A stretch of DNA of 64,000 nucleotides from a virus (lineage: Duplodnaviria; Caudoviricetes): positions 1-64,000 of IMG/VR virus record IMGVR_UViG_3300021400_000447; one strand, 5' to 3'. The notes under the pieces are model-generated. The model did no database searches, was not told where the DNA came from, and saw nothing but the letters and a program-made list of their open reading frames with translations. The translations under genes were made by a program, and so were the position numbers. Below, piece after piece: positions 1-13,087 of the stretch (positions are counted from its first letter, which is position 1; each line of letters opens with the position of its first letter).

Positions 1-101
1 GCGGTCTGAAGAGATTTATGCTGAGCGTGATAAGGATATGCAGGAATGTATGGCACAATTGGCGAAGCATATGAGAAGTTTGTGGGATTAAGGAGAAAAA
101 T

Positions 102-374
102 ATGAGATATAGGAAGCTCCCTGTTGAAGTTGATGCTGTGCAATTTACAGGGTATAATTATGATGAAATCGCAGCATTTGCTGGCAATAAAGTGATTAGA
201 TTTAATGAAAATATGCGGAGAGAGGGCGCACCAGAATACCTTGTAGTTGATACTCTAGAGGGACATATGACCGCCTCACCGGGAGACTACATTATCAGAG
301 GCGTTGAAGGCGAGTATTATCCTTGTAAGCCATCTGTATTTGAACAAACATACGAAGAGGTAAACAATGGATAA
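102..374 (+). CDS. Conserved phage hypothetical protein (PGDYIIRGVEGEYYPCKP family)
   Basis: GGAG RBS, ATG..TAA; motif common in phage early proteins. Confidence 0.8.
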   Translation: MRYRKLPVEVDAVQFTGYNYDEIAAFAGNKVIRFNENMRREGAPEYLVVDTLEGHMTASPGDYIIRGVEGEYYPCKPSVFEQTYEEVNNG

Positions 375-585
375 GACAACAATTCATTGCCCTTGTTGCG
401 GCAGTACCACATATTGGCAGATGTATTCAGTCGCAACTGCGATGTATTCTCCAATTTTAATTAAGGATGGAGAACCAATTGTTACAGATATGAATTATTA
501 TAGTGATATCTACACTTGTGATGCTTGTGGCGCTCAATTTAAGGCTACAAGACATAACGGAGAAATTAGCGTAGACGCGATTTAA
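367..585 (+). CDS. Small Zn-ribbon protein
   Basis: CPCC and CDAC motifs; overlaps upstream stop. Confidence 0.7.
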   Translation: MDKTTIHCPCCGSTTYWQMYSVATAMYSPILIKDGEPIVTDMNYYSDIYTCDACGAQFKATRHNGEISVDAI

Positions 586-758
586 TGGAAGTTATTCGTT
601 AGATAGCGCCAGGTTCGCTACATATCTGTGATAATTGTTATGCTTTATTAGCTTATAATCCATCTGATGTATATGAAGGTCACTTTATTTACTGCCCAGT
701 GTGTAAGAAACGACAAAAATGCAATATGGATCTAGAATGGGATGGTACGATTAAATGA
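585..758 (+). CDS. Small Zn-ribbon protein, TAG at codon 6 read as Gln (missing from ORF track)
   Basis: TAATG coupling to upstream gene; CDNC and CPVC motifs; exactly fills gap to next gene; ends TGA. Confidence 0.7.
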
Positions 759-1216
759 ATGCAATATTTTTTGAGGTTTCGGGCGTTCTAAATAGTACAA
801 AATTTAACAACGACTGCCTGCAAGATTGCGGTTTTCTTGCATGGAAGCATAATCTTCTACAGCAGCAATCATTGCTTTATCTAAAGAGCCTAGTGAAACG
901 TCAACAGAATACTATTTTAGTTCTGACTAATACACAAAGCGGCGATCCAGCTTTTCTCGCGGAAGTGCAGTTTCAGCTTGCATTGTATGATATGTATCTA
1001 AGTTCGTGGATTGACTGCAACATCGTAAATCGTGAACGAAAGATTAATGATTGGCTTAATGCTCATCCAGATGTAGATAATTTTATTATTTTTTCCGGTG
1101 ATTCTGCTGTTGAAGATTTCATTTTCACACAAACTATAGAAGTTAATCCGCATTACGGCTTGACCCTTAAAGATATTGAACTAGCTAGGAAAATGCTGAG
1201 GGAGAAACATGGCTAA
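755..1216 (+). CDS. HAD-superfamily (Swiss-army-knife RNA-repair-type) protein with degenerate motif I
   Basis: N-terminal IFFEVSGVLNS resembles IFLDxDGVLN; later WL..HP.V.NFII and GLT..D.E.A motifs; catalytic Asp residues replaced. Confidence 0.55.
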   Translation: MNAIFFEVSGVLNSTKFNNDCLQDCGFLAWKHNLLQQQSLLYLKSLVKRQQNTILVLTNTQSGDPAFLAEVQFQLALYDMYLSSWIDCNIVNRERKINDWLNAHPDVDNFIIFSGDSAVEDFIFTQTIEVNPHYGLTLKDIELARKMLREKHG

Positions 1217-1472
1217 TTTAATTCCGTGGAAGAAAATAAATAAAAAGCCGCGTGGTTCCGTGATTTGGGAAGAATGGATTACTACTGGAATCGCACAACC
1301 AATTGTTATACATGGAAAACGATTGTTCTCTAACAGTTATTATGTTGTAGATTTTTACAGTGGTGACCAAAGATTAATTCATGAAGATTCCAACTATCGT
1401 TACTGGGATGCGCCGCCTTCCCTCCAACAGCGGCTACGCACCCCATGGTTTGACAAAAATGAAAATTTTTGA
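1209..1472 (+). CDS. Hypothetical protein
   Basis: Overlaps previous stop; ends TGA. Confidence 0.6.
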   Translation: MANLIPWKKINKKPRGSVIWEEWITTGIAQPIVIHGKRLFSNSYYVVDFYSGDQRLIHEDSNYRYWDAPPSLQQRLRTPWFDKNENF

Positions 1473-1478
1473 TATAAT
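1450..1478 (+). promoter_or_regulatory. sigma70/sigmaA promoter
   Basis: TTGACA-17 bp-TATAAT, extended -10 TG. Confidence 0.85.
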
Positions 1479-1505
1479 AAAAATGAACGATAGGAAAGGA
1501 CATGA

Positions 1506-1928
1506 ATGATGAACGACTCTCACTTGTTTAAGGCGGCAAAAATTGTCAGCGAAAGTGCTGACTACACTGGCGCGAATGCAGTCCAAATTGGATGCGTAAT
1601 TGTTTATAAAGGAACCATTCTTGCAAAAGGATGCAATAGTGATCGTACCCATCCTATGCAGGAACATTATAATCGATTCCGTTTTAAGCAAGTTGGTAAC
1701 CGTTACCTCCCGTCAAAAGTACATTCTGAAATTGCGGCATTGACTAAAATTAAATTCCTTGATATTGATTTTAGCCGCGTTCATATTTATATTTATCGTC
1801 AGTTCAAGGATGGTTCTCTTGCACTTTGTCGTCCTTGTCCTGCTTGTATCGCGGCGATTAAGAAACTTGGAATTAAGCATTTGCATTACACGACTGAAGA
1901 TGGATATTGTCATGAGGTGCTGGAATGA
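1506..1928 (+). CDS. Zn-dependent nucleoside/nucleotide deaminase (CMP/dCMP/TadA-like fold)
   Basis: HSE and CRPCPAC zinc motifs; N-terminal IGCVIVYKG.ILAKGCN. Confidence 0.8.
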   Translation: MMNDSHLFKAAKIVSESADYTGANAVQIGCVIVYKGTILAKGCNSDRTHPMQEHYNRFRFKQVGNRYLPSKVHSEIAALTKIKFLDIDFSRVHIYIYRQFKDGSLALCRPCPACIAAIKKLGIKHLHYTTEDGYCHEVLE

Positions 1929-2182
1929 AGAAAGAAGTTAAGATTTTTTTCGCACTTGCAGTTACTATCCTTGCTATAATTACTGTCGCTATTTTGCTAT
2001 ATGGCAGTAATAGTAATGATAGTTTAATCTATGGCAATGTTGTAGATAAGTATTATTGGTGGCAAAATAATTGCGACCCAATTTTTTATCTACGTATGGA
2101 TGACGGACGTGTGATTGAGGTTACGCCGCAGGTATATAATAAATCTAGTATAGGTATGTATATACAGTATTTTAATAGATAA
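1925..2182 (+). CDS. Small membrane protein
   Basis: N-terminal hydrophobic helix; ATGA overlap; ends TAA. Confidence 0.6.
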   Translation: MKKEVKIFFALAVTILAIITVAILLYGSNSNDSLIYGNVVDKYYWWQNNCDPIFYLRMDDGRVIEVTPQVYNKSSIGMYIQYFNR

Positions 2183-2189
2183 AAAATAA

Positions 2190-2220
2190 GGGGAAGAGTC
2201 TCACAACTCTTCCCTGATTT
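2190..2220. terminator. Hairpin between convergent genes, probable intrinsic terminator
   Basis: GGGAAGAGT-CTCACA-ACTCTTCCC with flanking A-rich and T-rich runs. Confidence 0.55.
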
Positions 2221-2881
2221 TGGTTAATGTTTCTTTTGCTTTTTGGATACGACGAAATAAATCTTGCAATTCATCAAGTGTGACAAAAATACACACTTTT
2301 TCGCCATATTTATCATAAAGTGTAGTATTTGGATAATAGAAACTTAAAATATCTATATATTTTATTCCGTTTTTTGCTGCATAAGTCGCGCCGGTCTATG
2401 ACATTCCAATGCCATGGCCGTTTTTCTTTTTACCAGTCGCGCCATCCCATGTATCTGTTTGCGCGATTAAATATGGACGTTTGCTACCCCAGACCTCTTC
2501 TGAGCTATAGGTGCGGCCGCCGTTACAATCGGAGTAAACCGCAGAAATGGGTTTGTCGTTATACTGCAAAATTTGTCCCATTGTTGCCTCTGCCGCGGCA
2601 ATACAATTGGGATATTTTTTATGGTCATATCTGGCCGCACGAAATGCTTGCGCAGTAGAGCTACTGTCAGAAATCGCTTTACCTTCACCAACTCCGCGTC
2701 CCATTGCAAAAGTGCGGGCAGCAACAGCCTGCGCCTTACATGCTTCAATGTGAGAGTTGCCTATCTCTGACGCGACTACAGCAGCAACATATCGTTCAAA
2801 GTCGACCTCAACAATTGTGTTAATTGGAACATTAAAATACGTAGCATTCTCTTGCCGCGTTATTTTGACTTTTATGTTCAT
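2201..2881 (-). CDS. SpoIID/LytB-domain peptidoglycan lytic enzyme, one TAG=Gln
   Basis: YVAAVVASEI, ACKAQAVAART, YSDCNGG motifs; TAG at 2396-2398 sits in GHGIGMS-Q-TGA..A..G..Y..IL.FYY; GAGGTG RBS; only clear minus-strand gene. Confidence 0.85.
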
Positions 2882-3067
2882 AGGCATCACCTCTAACACA
2901 AGTAAAAATATTACCATAAAAAACTTATACTTTCTGCTTCGTTAAGTAGAAGAAAAAGAAAGTTTTCGCCGTTAATATTACTTACTCTTATATAGAGGAA
3001 TACTCGTCTTTCTTTCTGGAAGACAATTAGACTTATATGTTAAGTCGCGATAAAGGAGGGAAAAGAG

Positions 3068-6000
3068 ATGGCATTGACACCAGGTGTACAAAATCCACAA
3101 GATCCTAATTGGAGTAAATGGGAAAATGGGACATTGATCACAGCGGATAAATTAAATGATATGATTGATTATATGGTAACCACAAAAAATGCTGTTGATA
3201 ATTATAATACATCTACAGAAAATGTAGTTACTACTGATATTCTTGATGCAACAGTTCATGGCCTTGGCTATACAAAAATAGAAGACGTAATTAGTAGTAA
3301 CGAATTAAAAGATGATATTACTAGTAAAATCAATAGCGCCGTTAGTGGGAAGCTACAAGATGCATTTACGAGTCTTGCTAATACAGCACAAACAACTGCT
3401 AACGCCGTTGACACAATTCATACCGTGTAGACGAACGTTAATGCTATATAGACAGAAATTACTGATGCACATCGCGAGGATAAAAATAATGATACACTTG
3501 CAGACCGTTTTTCTGATATAGAGGACACAACGGCCACATTATAGACAACTACTACTGGGTTAAATAATAGAATTACAGATGTAGAAACTAGTATTGATGA
3601 TATCGAGACAGAAATTAACACTGCTCGCGGTGGAGAGCCAAATTTAAATAATCGGTTATAGAGTATGGCTACTAATATTAGTAATAACAGTACTGCAATT
3701 AATACTATAAGTAGCAAAATTGGTGATGGATTTTCTGGCACTAATATTACAGATAAAATAACCGCTATTGAAACAAAATTAACATCAAAGGCTGATGCGT
3801 CGGCACTCGACAACAAAGCTGATAAAAGTTATGTTGATACCGAGCTTGGTAAAAAAGCGAATACAACTTATGTTAACAATCAGCTTTCTGAAAAAGCTAA
3901 TACTAATGATGTTAACGCTCAGCTTGCTAATAAAGCAAATAAAGACGATGTTAATAACACAATAGTTAAAGCTAAAGGTGAAGTTACCTATGTAAATGGT
4001 GTACCAAGCACTACTCAACAAAATTGGACTCCCAATGAAAAAGATGATTATCTATTGCAGGCTGCAGATGATAAGTATTATTATTGGAAGTATATTAAAA
4101 CCAGTTCTAATCCCGACACTTTTAGTTGGGAAAAGATTAGTGGCGGCGGAAATGGCGAAGGCAGCGGTACCGGGAATACCACTGGCGTTGATTTAACAAG
4201 AGGCGAATATGAAGAATTAACTTCTTATGCAGTTAATACAGATTATTATGTTCTTGAAAATGACAGCATACGCCATCATTATAGGTATATTGAAGTAGAA
4301 GACGAATCTACACATGAGAAAAGATTGGTAGAAATTGAAATAGGTATTACTAATCCTAAAAAATATAATCTTGCACTAGAGTCTGTTAAGGACAACGGCG
4401 ATACTATTAATTTTCTAAATGTATATGAATTTGATTATAATGAAAGTAATAGAATTGATAGCACCACGGATTTAGATACTATAGTGAGTAAGCGGATTAA
4501 CCATATACTTTTACCAGCAACTGGGAGCGGCGGTGGCGGTAGCGCAAACACTTTAAAAGTTTCACCAATTACACCACGTTCTTTCACAACAGCTTTAAAT
4601 AGCGGTGAAAAAACTTACTTATAGTTCTTTTTCACAACTGGCGAAGCGAATGAAACGGCGCATTATTCTTTATATTTTGATAATCGTTTGGTAATAGATA
4701 GCAGTGAATTAACGGCTTTAGTTAGCGGCGATCCAGCTAATAAATCCTCTACTTGGCCAACTGATCAACAAGGAAATCCATTACCGCAAGATCAAGTACC
4801 AACTGGTTTTTACTCTATTGATATTACTAAATATTGTAACGCAATAGGTAATAATAAAGAGCTTACTCTATCAATTGCACTAGATACAAATACTTCTATT
4901 ACCGCGACAGCAACTTGGTATGTATCTATTATTCAATTTTAGTTAACTTGTTAGGCGCCAGAAAATATTATTGTTCCAACCACAGAAGGCGTTGAAATTG
5001 CTTATACACCTTATGGTAATATTGCAAAAACTTTACACATATTAGCAGACAATGAAGAAATTGATACTGTAACTTTAAGTAATACTAATAGTGCACGATA
5101 GATTAGCTATACTATTAGCGCGAATACTCTTTCTCACGGTGCGCATAAAATAGATATGTATATGACTGCGTTGATCAATGGTAAATAGCTGCCATCGAAT
5201 CATGTCTATAGGGAATATATTTGGTATGATACAAAAAATACCGCAGAACCAATTATTATTGCTTGCCCTTATTCTGATCAAGAAATAGAAATTGATTCTT
5301 ATACTGAAATTGGTATTCCATATTCTGTTTATAATAAATCTACAGAGGATTATGTAGTATATTATTATTTAAATTATGGAAAAGAAAATGAAGAAAAATT
5401 AATTGATTCAATTACACGAAATGGTAATTATTCTAGTATATTCTATTATACACCAGAAACATCTAAACAAACCGAACAGTAGACATTAACTATTAAAGTC
5501 GGAGACGTAATGGCTAATATTGCTTTAAAAGTATCAGCAATTGAGGCAGATGTTTCCGCAGTAGATGGATCTATTATTGACTTTAATCCTGCTTTATTGA
5601 CTAATAACTCTCAAAATAGATTACCTACCTGGACAAAAAACAATAAAACATATAGCCTAACTGTATCTGATAATTTTAATTGGTCTGACGATGCTAACGG
5701 CGGCGGTTATAAAGATATTGATGGTAAATGTTTTGTTGTAAAGGCTGGCACAAAGGCATATTTAGACTATAAAATGTTTACTCGCGCGACAGGTGGCCGT
5801 AGTGCTGTATTTGATACTGGCGCTGAGATGAAAATAATCTTTAAGGTCGCTGCAGTCCGTGATGCAAGCGCAATATGGTTTAAAAATACTGGTAAGCCTA
5901 CAATTAATAGCGATAAGGAAGTTGGTATAGAACTTGGTGCGCATGCTGGCTGGCTAAAAACTGATAAAGCAAGTGTTACTAGTACTGCTGCAGAAGAGAG

Positions 6001-9000
6001 CGAATATGAAGTATGGATTAAAGGTCAAGTTTATTCTTTAAATACAGTCGTTATTCAACGTGGTAAAACGTCAGAAGATGCTGATGTTGTTTACAAGTGT
6101 ATTAAAAGTTATAATAATACAGATACGACTGAAATTGATGATGAGGAAGTATTAGTGAAAAATGCTTAGCCTAAAAAAGCAACCGAATATTGGTTAAAGA
6201 TGGGCGAATTAGAAAAGCAAACCGACGCAACTAATACATATTTGTATTTCCCATATTCAGAGAATGACAAAATTGAATTAGATATTAATATTAATAAACA
6301 TGATTCAACTGGAAGCTCTGATTTCATCATGTCTTATGAAGATGGCGTGCCGAGTAAGGCATATCCATATATCTATACTGATGGCGGCGATGCTTTATAT
6401 CATATAGAAAATAATGAATCTACAATTGTTATAGGCTCTCCTGACTGTGATGTTTATATTTATCGTCTTCGTATTTATAATAAAAGCCTTACAACTAATG
6501 AAATTTTAAAGAATTTTATTGCAGATGGTAAAACAATCCAAGAAAAGATTGCACGCTATAATCGTAATTGTATTTATTGGGACGAAGAGCAAGGCAAGTA
6601 TCAGTCTGCTGCTGTTGGCTATGCAAAACTTGATCCTATTAAATTAGCAGAAAGGATTCCAGGTGTAAAAATTTTAATGCTTGATACGCCAAGATTTACA
6701 ACAGGTAAAAAAGACTTTGTAAAAGGCGCGACATTAAGATGCATTGAAGCCACTCTTGATAATAATGGAGATATAGTATATGAAGACTTAAATAACTGGT
6801 TTTTCCAAAATGGATTCCATGCTGGGCAAGGAACCACGTCAGATAACTATGGTTAGTCTGGGCGTAATGTTGATTTCTTATTTATGTGTGATGGTGAACA
6901 TGCACCTACAAAGGTAAAAAACATTAAAGGTGGTAAATAGACTTATGCTGGCTATGTATCCAGTGTGTTAAGAGGAAATAATACGTCAAAATGGGACGCA
7001 GAAAATGAAGTTTGGGTACCGGCAGAGGGCGCAGAACCTGAAGTATGTACAGATTGGAAGGGTGATAGTTGCAAAATTAAACTTACTGAACACTCTGTTC
7101 CGAATAATTATTTTAACTTAAAAGTTAATATTGCTTCTTCAGAAAATGTTAATAATGCTCTATTCCAAAAACGATATAATGATTTTCTTCCATATGAAAC
7201 AATAGCCGCCGCGAATCATAATTATGAAGAAGGCACTAAAATTAAAAATAGTATGGAATTCGTGCCAGCTATTTTATTTATTCGTGAAAACGACCCCACG
7301 GGCGTTACAACAACTGTTGAAGATGGCGTTGAAGTCAATCATTATCCAACACATACTGAATTTGATGATACAAAGTGGCACTTCTATGCACTTGGAAATC
7401 TTGGTGACTCTAAAAAGACAGACTACACCCGCGCATACGATCCAAACGATCCATATGAGTTTACTGTTGAAAATTCTGATAACAGCACTGCGAATGGTCA
7501 ATTCCAATCTGGTGTATATATGAATAATGGCGTTGAAACAGTTGAAACGAATGTTAGTACAATAAATCCAATTAATTTTATTTATCCTATCTCATCTGAA
7601 CAGTGGAATGCAATGCGCCAACCAACTGAATAGGAAGCAGAGATTCATGCCAATCCTGGTGAAGATGATACAGATGTGGTAATGAGCAATGGAATGGTTT
7701 ATACTAACTACCGTCACCGCGCGCTTTCTTGTGAAGGATTTGACGGCGACCACTCATTTGAATTCCGTTATGCCAGCTGTGGCGATTATCGTGATGGCGA
7801 TTTAATTAATGACACTACTGGTAATGCAAATTAGTAGAATAAAATTAATCGTGCAGTATTTGAAGCATTTTATGAATGGGTGGTTACTTCTACTCCAGAA
7901 CAATTTAGAGATGAATTTGTTGAATGGGCTGTACCAAGTGCAATGGAATTCTTCTATGCCTATACTCATTATTACACTATGATGGATAACCGCGCGAAAA
8001 ATACTTTCTGGCACTTTGCCAAAACCGGAGAATATCATAGAGTTAGTCGTCCAGTACCTCAATTACTTCATATCTATCACGAATTAATTGATGGATAGTA
8101 TACTCCTACTGAGGACACCACTGTTTTAGCACCAACATATTATATAAAAGATTATATTTTAACAACAGATAAGCAATTTGTTTAGGATACAGTCTATTAT
8201 ATAAAAGATTCAAATTATACTCAATATGATGTTTATATACCAGCAACAGTAACTACAAATTAGTTAATTCCAGAAAATACATATTATATTTTTAATAAGT
8301 ATAAATTAACTACGGATGAAGAAGTTAAGGCTGGTATAGATTATTATACATATTCAAATGGTAACTATTATTTAGCCGAAACAAATATTGGAGATCCAAT
8401 TAAATATTATTATACTCAATATGCATTTGATATGTGGGCATATGATATGGACACTGCCGCTGGTATTGACAATAATGGTGTTTTTGCATTTTCTTATGGT
8501 AAGGAAGATACTGATTATCGTAATGAAAATGATTCTAGTTCTGGTTACGCTTTTAATGGGGCGGGATCAATTTTCTGGCGCCGTCTAAGTACTACATTTG
8601 CAGGTCAAATTCGCGACATTATGACTGGCGCGCACGAGAATTGCTTTAATGCTACTCATTTAATAAATGAATTTGACGCGATGCAAAACCAGTATCCAGA
8701 AGAAATATGGCGTTTAGATATTGAGCGTAAATATATTAGAACATTTACTGGCGAATCAATAGATAATTCTATTACAGCCGGTAAATAGAATTCTCGTTTC
8801 TTACGTTCAATGATGCAGGGACGGAAAAAATATCAACGCCGCCAATGGATTAAAGATCAAAGTATTTATTTTGGTAGCAAATATAGACTTTCTAATGTTA
8901 TTGGCAGCGATAACACAATTGAATTTAACTGCACATTACCTAGCGGGAATTAGGAATCATTAGCGCTACCGATTGACTTGAATTTAGAGCTTACTCCATT

Positions 9001-12000
9001 CCAAGACATGTATATAAATGTTGAAGTTGGTAATGGAAATCTTCGTACAAATATGTATGTAAAAGATCCAAATGGTAATTATATTAAAAATGCTAATTAG
9101 CAATTTGAATTAGTCGCTGTAGGCGAATCTGGCTAGTATTCAAAATGTTCAAGTTTACGTGCGAAAGCTGGACAAGAATATTATATTGATTGCTATAGTG
9201 GCAACTTACAAGAAACTCGTATATTTATTCGTGGAGCGAATAGTATGCAAAGAATTGGTAATCTTGCTGCAATGTATATTTATTCTACTGACTTCCGTGC
9301 GCTTGAGCACCTAAAGGCATTAGAGATTGGCACAGATGTAACTGGTTATTCTAATACTAAATTAACTGAACTTAATATTAGCAATAAAATTCCATTACTT
9401 GAAACATTAAATATTAAGAATTGTCGTTCATTAGCTGGCTAGCTCAATTTAAGTGGTGGTAATAATATTAAAATTATTGAAGCAGAAGGCAGCCGCATAG
9501 CAGGTATTACTTTACCGCAATATACCGCAATTGAAACGTTGCACTTGCCATCAACAATTGAAACACTCTCTTTATATGGTGCGAAAAAATTAAATGATTT
9601 TTATATTAAAAATGTTCTTACTAATGAGATTGATTATACTAGACTTGCAAGTTTAACATTATATGATAGCGACTATTCTGATGCAGTTGATTGGATGAAT
9701 ATTGCAGAAAGTATGCTTGATGGAGTAGATAAATTATTATTATATAATTTGCATTCTGCAACTATTACCAATATTAATGAATTACAATAGTTCTATGATA
9801 AGAAATAGGCATTAGAGACTAGCGAAGAAGAGCGCATTGTGTTTTCTGGAACCATAAATGTTACTGGTGATTGGAGCCAGATAGAGAAAGATAAGTATGA
9901 AAGTGTTTGGGATTTAACATTAAATACGACTGGAACTAAAGTTACTAAATATTTAGTAACATATCAATACCCAGCTGTAGTAGAAAATAATGTAGAAATT
10001 TCTCCAGCAAGAATTATTGCTTAGGTGTATGTTACTAAAGATACTATAGCTCCAGATATTTACGCAAATGGCATGCTTGAAGATATGCCAGAAAAAGCTA
10101 CTACTCCGCAGTACATTTATACATTTGGTTTACGTGATGATCGTGAAGGCAATTATGTAGAGTATAGCGGTTGGAAAAAGGCTAATACCGACTTACCATC
10201 ATTAAGCGGCTATGTGATTCAAGATGATAATGTTATTTTAGAGCCTTATTTTTCCACAACTGAACGTGAATATACTATTCGGTGGTTATTAAATAATGGT
10301 CAAGTTGTTAGCACAAGCAAAACAACTGTAAAATATAATGGTAGCTATGATAAACTTGCTCCAACTATTACTGATATACATAAGAAATATGAAACTTGTA
10401 GTGTTACTATTAGTAATGCTGGAGAAGTAACTTATAATATCTTTGACGGTTGGGATAAAATTCCAAATAAAATTTAGCCGGATGGAACATCTAGTTATTA
10501 TGATATTATGGCAAAATGGGCTACAGGTTCTACTACTATCGTGGATTTATTTGCTAATGTAGATAATTTAACACCATTGCAGTTATTAGTGCTTGCGAAT
10601 CTAACTGAAGCTCAAAAAAATAATTTTGGTCTCGGTACTAAGATTACACCAGCTACAACTATGGCTTATCAATTAGGCAACGATTACACAACTAATGCTG
10701 GTATTGTTATTCAATCTGATTCTGACACTCCAGCTTATAATAAAATTAAAACTACAAATATTTAGCCATTATTAGCTACGCAAGATGCGTTTACTATTGT
10801 ATTAGATTTTTGTCTTAATACAATTGACTATAGTAACAACGCAATTATTATGAGCTGTTATCATAGCAAGGATAATGTAAAGAATGGTATGGGTATTATT
10901 TATAATAAAGCTTCTGGTGTTATAGAAGTAGGATTCGGTGATTATATTAATAATGCCAATTAGCGTGTTGCAGTTAGTAGCGTATTAAATGCTACTATGC
11001 GGAATATTATCGTTTTACGGCATCCGAAGAATAGTCCGACATTGTACATTTATTCTAGCTTAAATGGAGCAGATTCTTTATCAGAGAATGTATATGAAAC
11101 TTCTATTACTCGTACTAGTAATATCAATTTTAATTCTGATGCATATTTAAACTTTGAATAGATAATTGATACATCACGTGAGACAATTGATACTAACGAT
11201 GGTATATTGAGTAATGTTAGCGCGGCCAATACTACTATTTATTGGGCTAAATATTGGAATGAAGATTTAGGATATAGTAAGAGTGTAGAACTTGCAATAT
11301 GGCCACATGAATGGATGACGTTCGCGATTGGTTATAATTATCATAATAATGATGCAGGTATCCCTGCTAAGCGCAATACAGACACATAGTATTCACCGTT
11401 CTTATATCTTGTAAGTTTAAATACATTAATGCATGGTCGTTTTGTTTCTGCTAGAATAACCTAGAACAGTTTTAAGAATAATACTTATAGTTGGCAAGAT
11501 AGTACATTACGAGCGATATATAATAAACGTTTGTATGGAAGTCTACCAATTCAATTATAGGCAGTCTTATGTAAGGCCGCGGTAGATTCACAACAGGCTG
11601 TATATTCGCCAAGTAATGATTTTGGTGGATCAACTTATAGTATAAATTCTAACAGTACAATTATTACACGTGATTATGCTTATGCTTATAGTATGACTAA
11701 TTTAAAAGATATTACTGACTATGAAAATGAAGACTCTCGAATGAATCCTTTTAGATTCCTTCTTGCCGAAAATATTACAGTATATAATAAGGCGACTAAT
11801 GGTAGTTGGAGTGAGGTTGAAAATAATAACGTTGATTCGTATTACAATCTTCGCTTCCCAACTAAACCTCTAAATTTGGCATCATTACATGTGTACATCA
11901 ATTCTACTGATACAACAAATACTACTTCCATTGCTGAATCTATTGGTACTTCTAGTTTACGTAGCGGTGATATATACATTGATAAAACTGTTGCAAATGC

Positions 12001-12310
12001 ATATGAGACTTACATCTATGTGTCAAATGCAGAAATTAATCAATATGGTCTTATTACTGCTCCTTACAGCAATGCTAACGTTAAGTATCGCGGTTTAAGT
12101 GACGACTCAGTAATTAATATTAATAGCACTAGTAAAGGTTTAGGCGGTTGGATTAAAGCTAACGATTATTGGACACGTTCTATCACAACTGGCAGCAGTA
12201 CAGGTAACGGAGTTAATTTCATCTATGTAGATGCTGTAGATGGCGCACCAACTAATGCAACTAATACTTTCTAGGATGGCAGAAAATTCAGCTATATCTT
12301 AGCAATTTAA
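3068..12310 (+). CDS. Giant ~3080-aa virion/tail-associated protein: coiled-coil N-terminus, CotH-kinase-like region, LRRs, LamG-like and DUF6273-like C-terminus
   Basis: 15 track ORFs share one frame; every gap I translated is open apart from about 35 TAGs; GGAGGG RBS; TAA at 12308-12310; motifs [49 protein letters not shown]. Confidence 0.85.
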
Positions 12311-12343
12311 TATAAGATTAGAATATCTTTTAGGAGGTATATT

Positions 12344-13087
12344 ATGGAATATTATAAGATTATTTATAGTAATCAATTGATAGGAGTAGTATCTACTAAA
12401 AATTTTATTGCTTATAATATAGCTGCTCAATGCTTTTTTAGAAGCAATAAAGAATTAGGGGAATATATTTCATATGATGGAAAATTATATAGAGATAGTT
12501 GGATGCATCCTACACAAATTACTCGCGACTTTTTAACTGCAAAAATTCTTCCAATTTCAGCAGAAGAATATCAAATATATGCGCAAGCAGAAGAATTTAA
12601 TGTTATTGATGATGTAGAGGAAGAGCCAAAAGAGCCAGAGCCACTTCCAGAAGATCCGAACGATATAATTTCGTTAGAATTTATTCGTACATCTAAACTC
12701 AATGAAATGTCTCATACTTGCAATCAGGTGATTGAATCTGGTTTTGATTTACAGCTATCTGATGGGAATACCCATCATTTCTCTCTTACAACTCAAGATC
12801 AAATTAATTTAATTTCTCTTGGTTCAATGGCGGCGAATGGTATGGAAGAAATTCCATACCACGCCGATGGCGAAACTTGTATTTTCTATACCGCAGAGGA
12901 AATAAATCATATTGTAACTGCGGCGACAAATTATAAAATCTATCATACCACTTATTATAATGCGCTTAAAAATTATATTAATCACTTAGACACAATTGAA
13001 CAGATTGCGGCAGTAACATATGGAATGGAATTGCCCGAAGAGTATCAAACTGATGTCTTAAAAAGGTTAATAAATGAAAATAATTAA
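12344..13087 (+). CDS. Tail-fibre assembly-like protein (DUF4376-like C-terminus)
   Basis: KLNEMS..CNQ.I..GF..HFSLT..DQ.NL; AGGAGG RBS; follows giant tail gene. Confidence 0.65.
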   Translation: MEYYKIIYSNQLIGVVSTKNFIAYNIAAQCFFRSNKELGEYISYDGKLYRDSWMHPTQITRDFLTAKILPISAEEYQIYAQAEEFNVIDDVEEEPKEPEPLPEDPNDIISLEFIRTSKLNEMSHTCNQVIESGFDLQLSDGNTHHFSLTTQDQINLISLGSMAANGMEEIPYHADGETCIFYTAEEINHIVTAATNYKIYHTTYYNALKNYINHLDTIEQIAAVTYGMELPEEYQTDVLKRLINENN

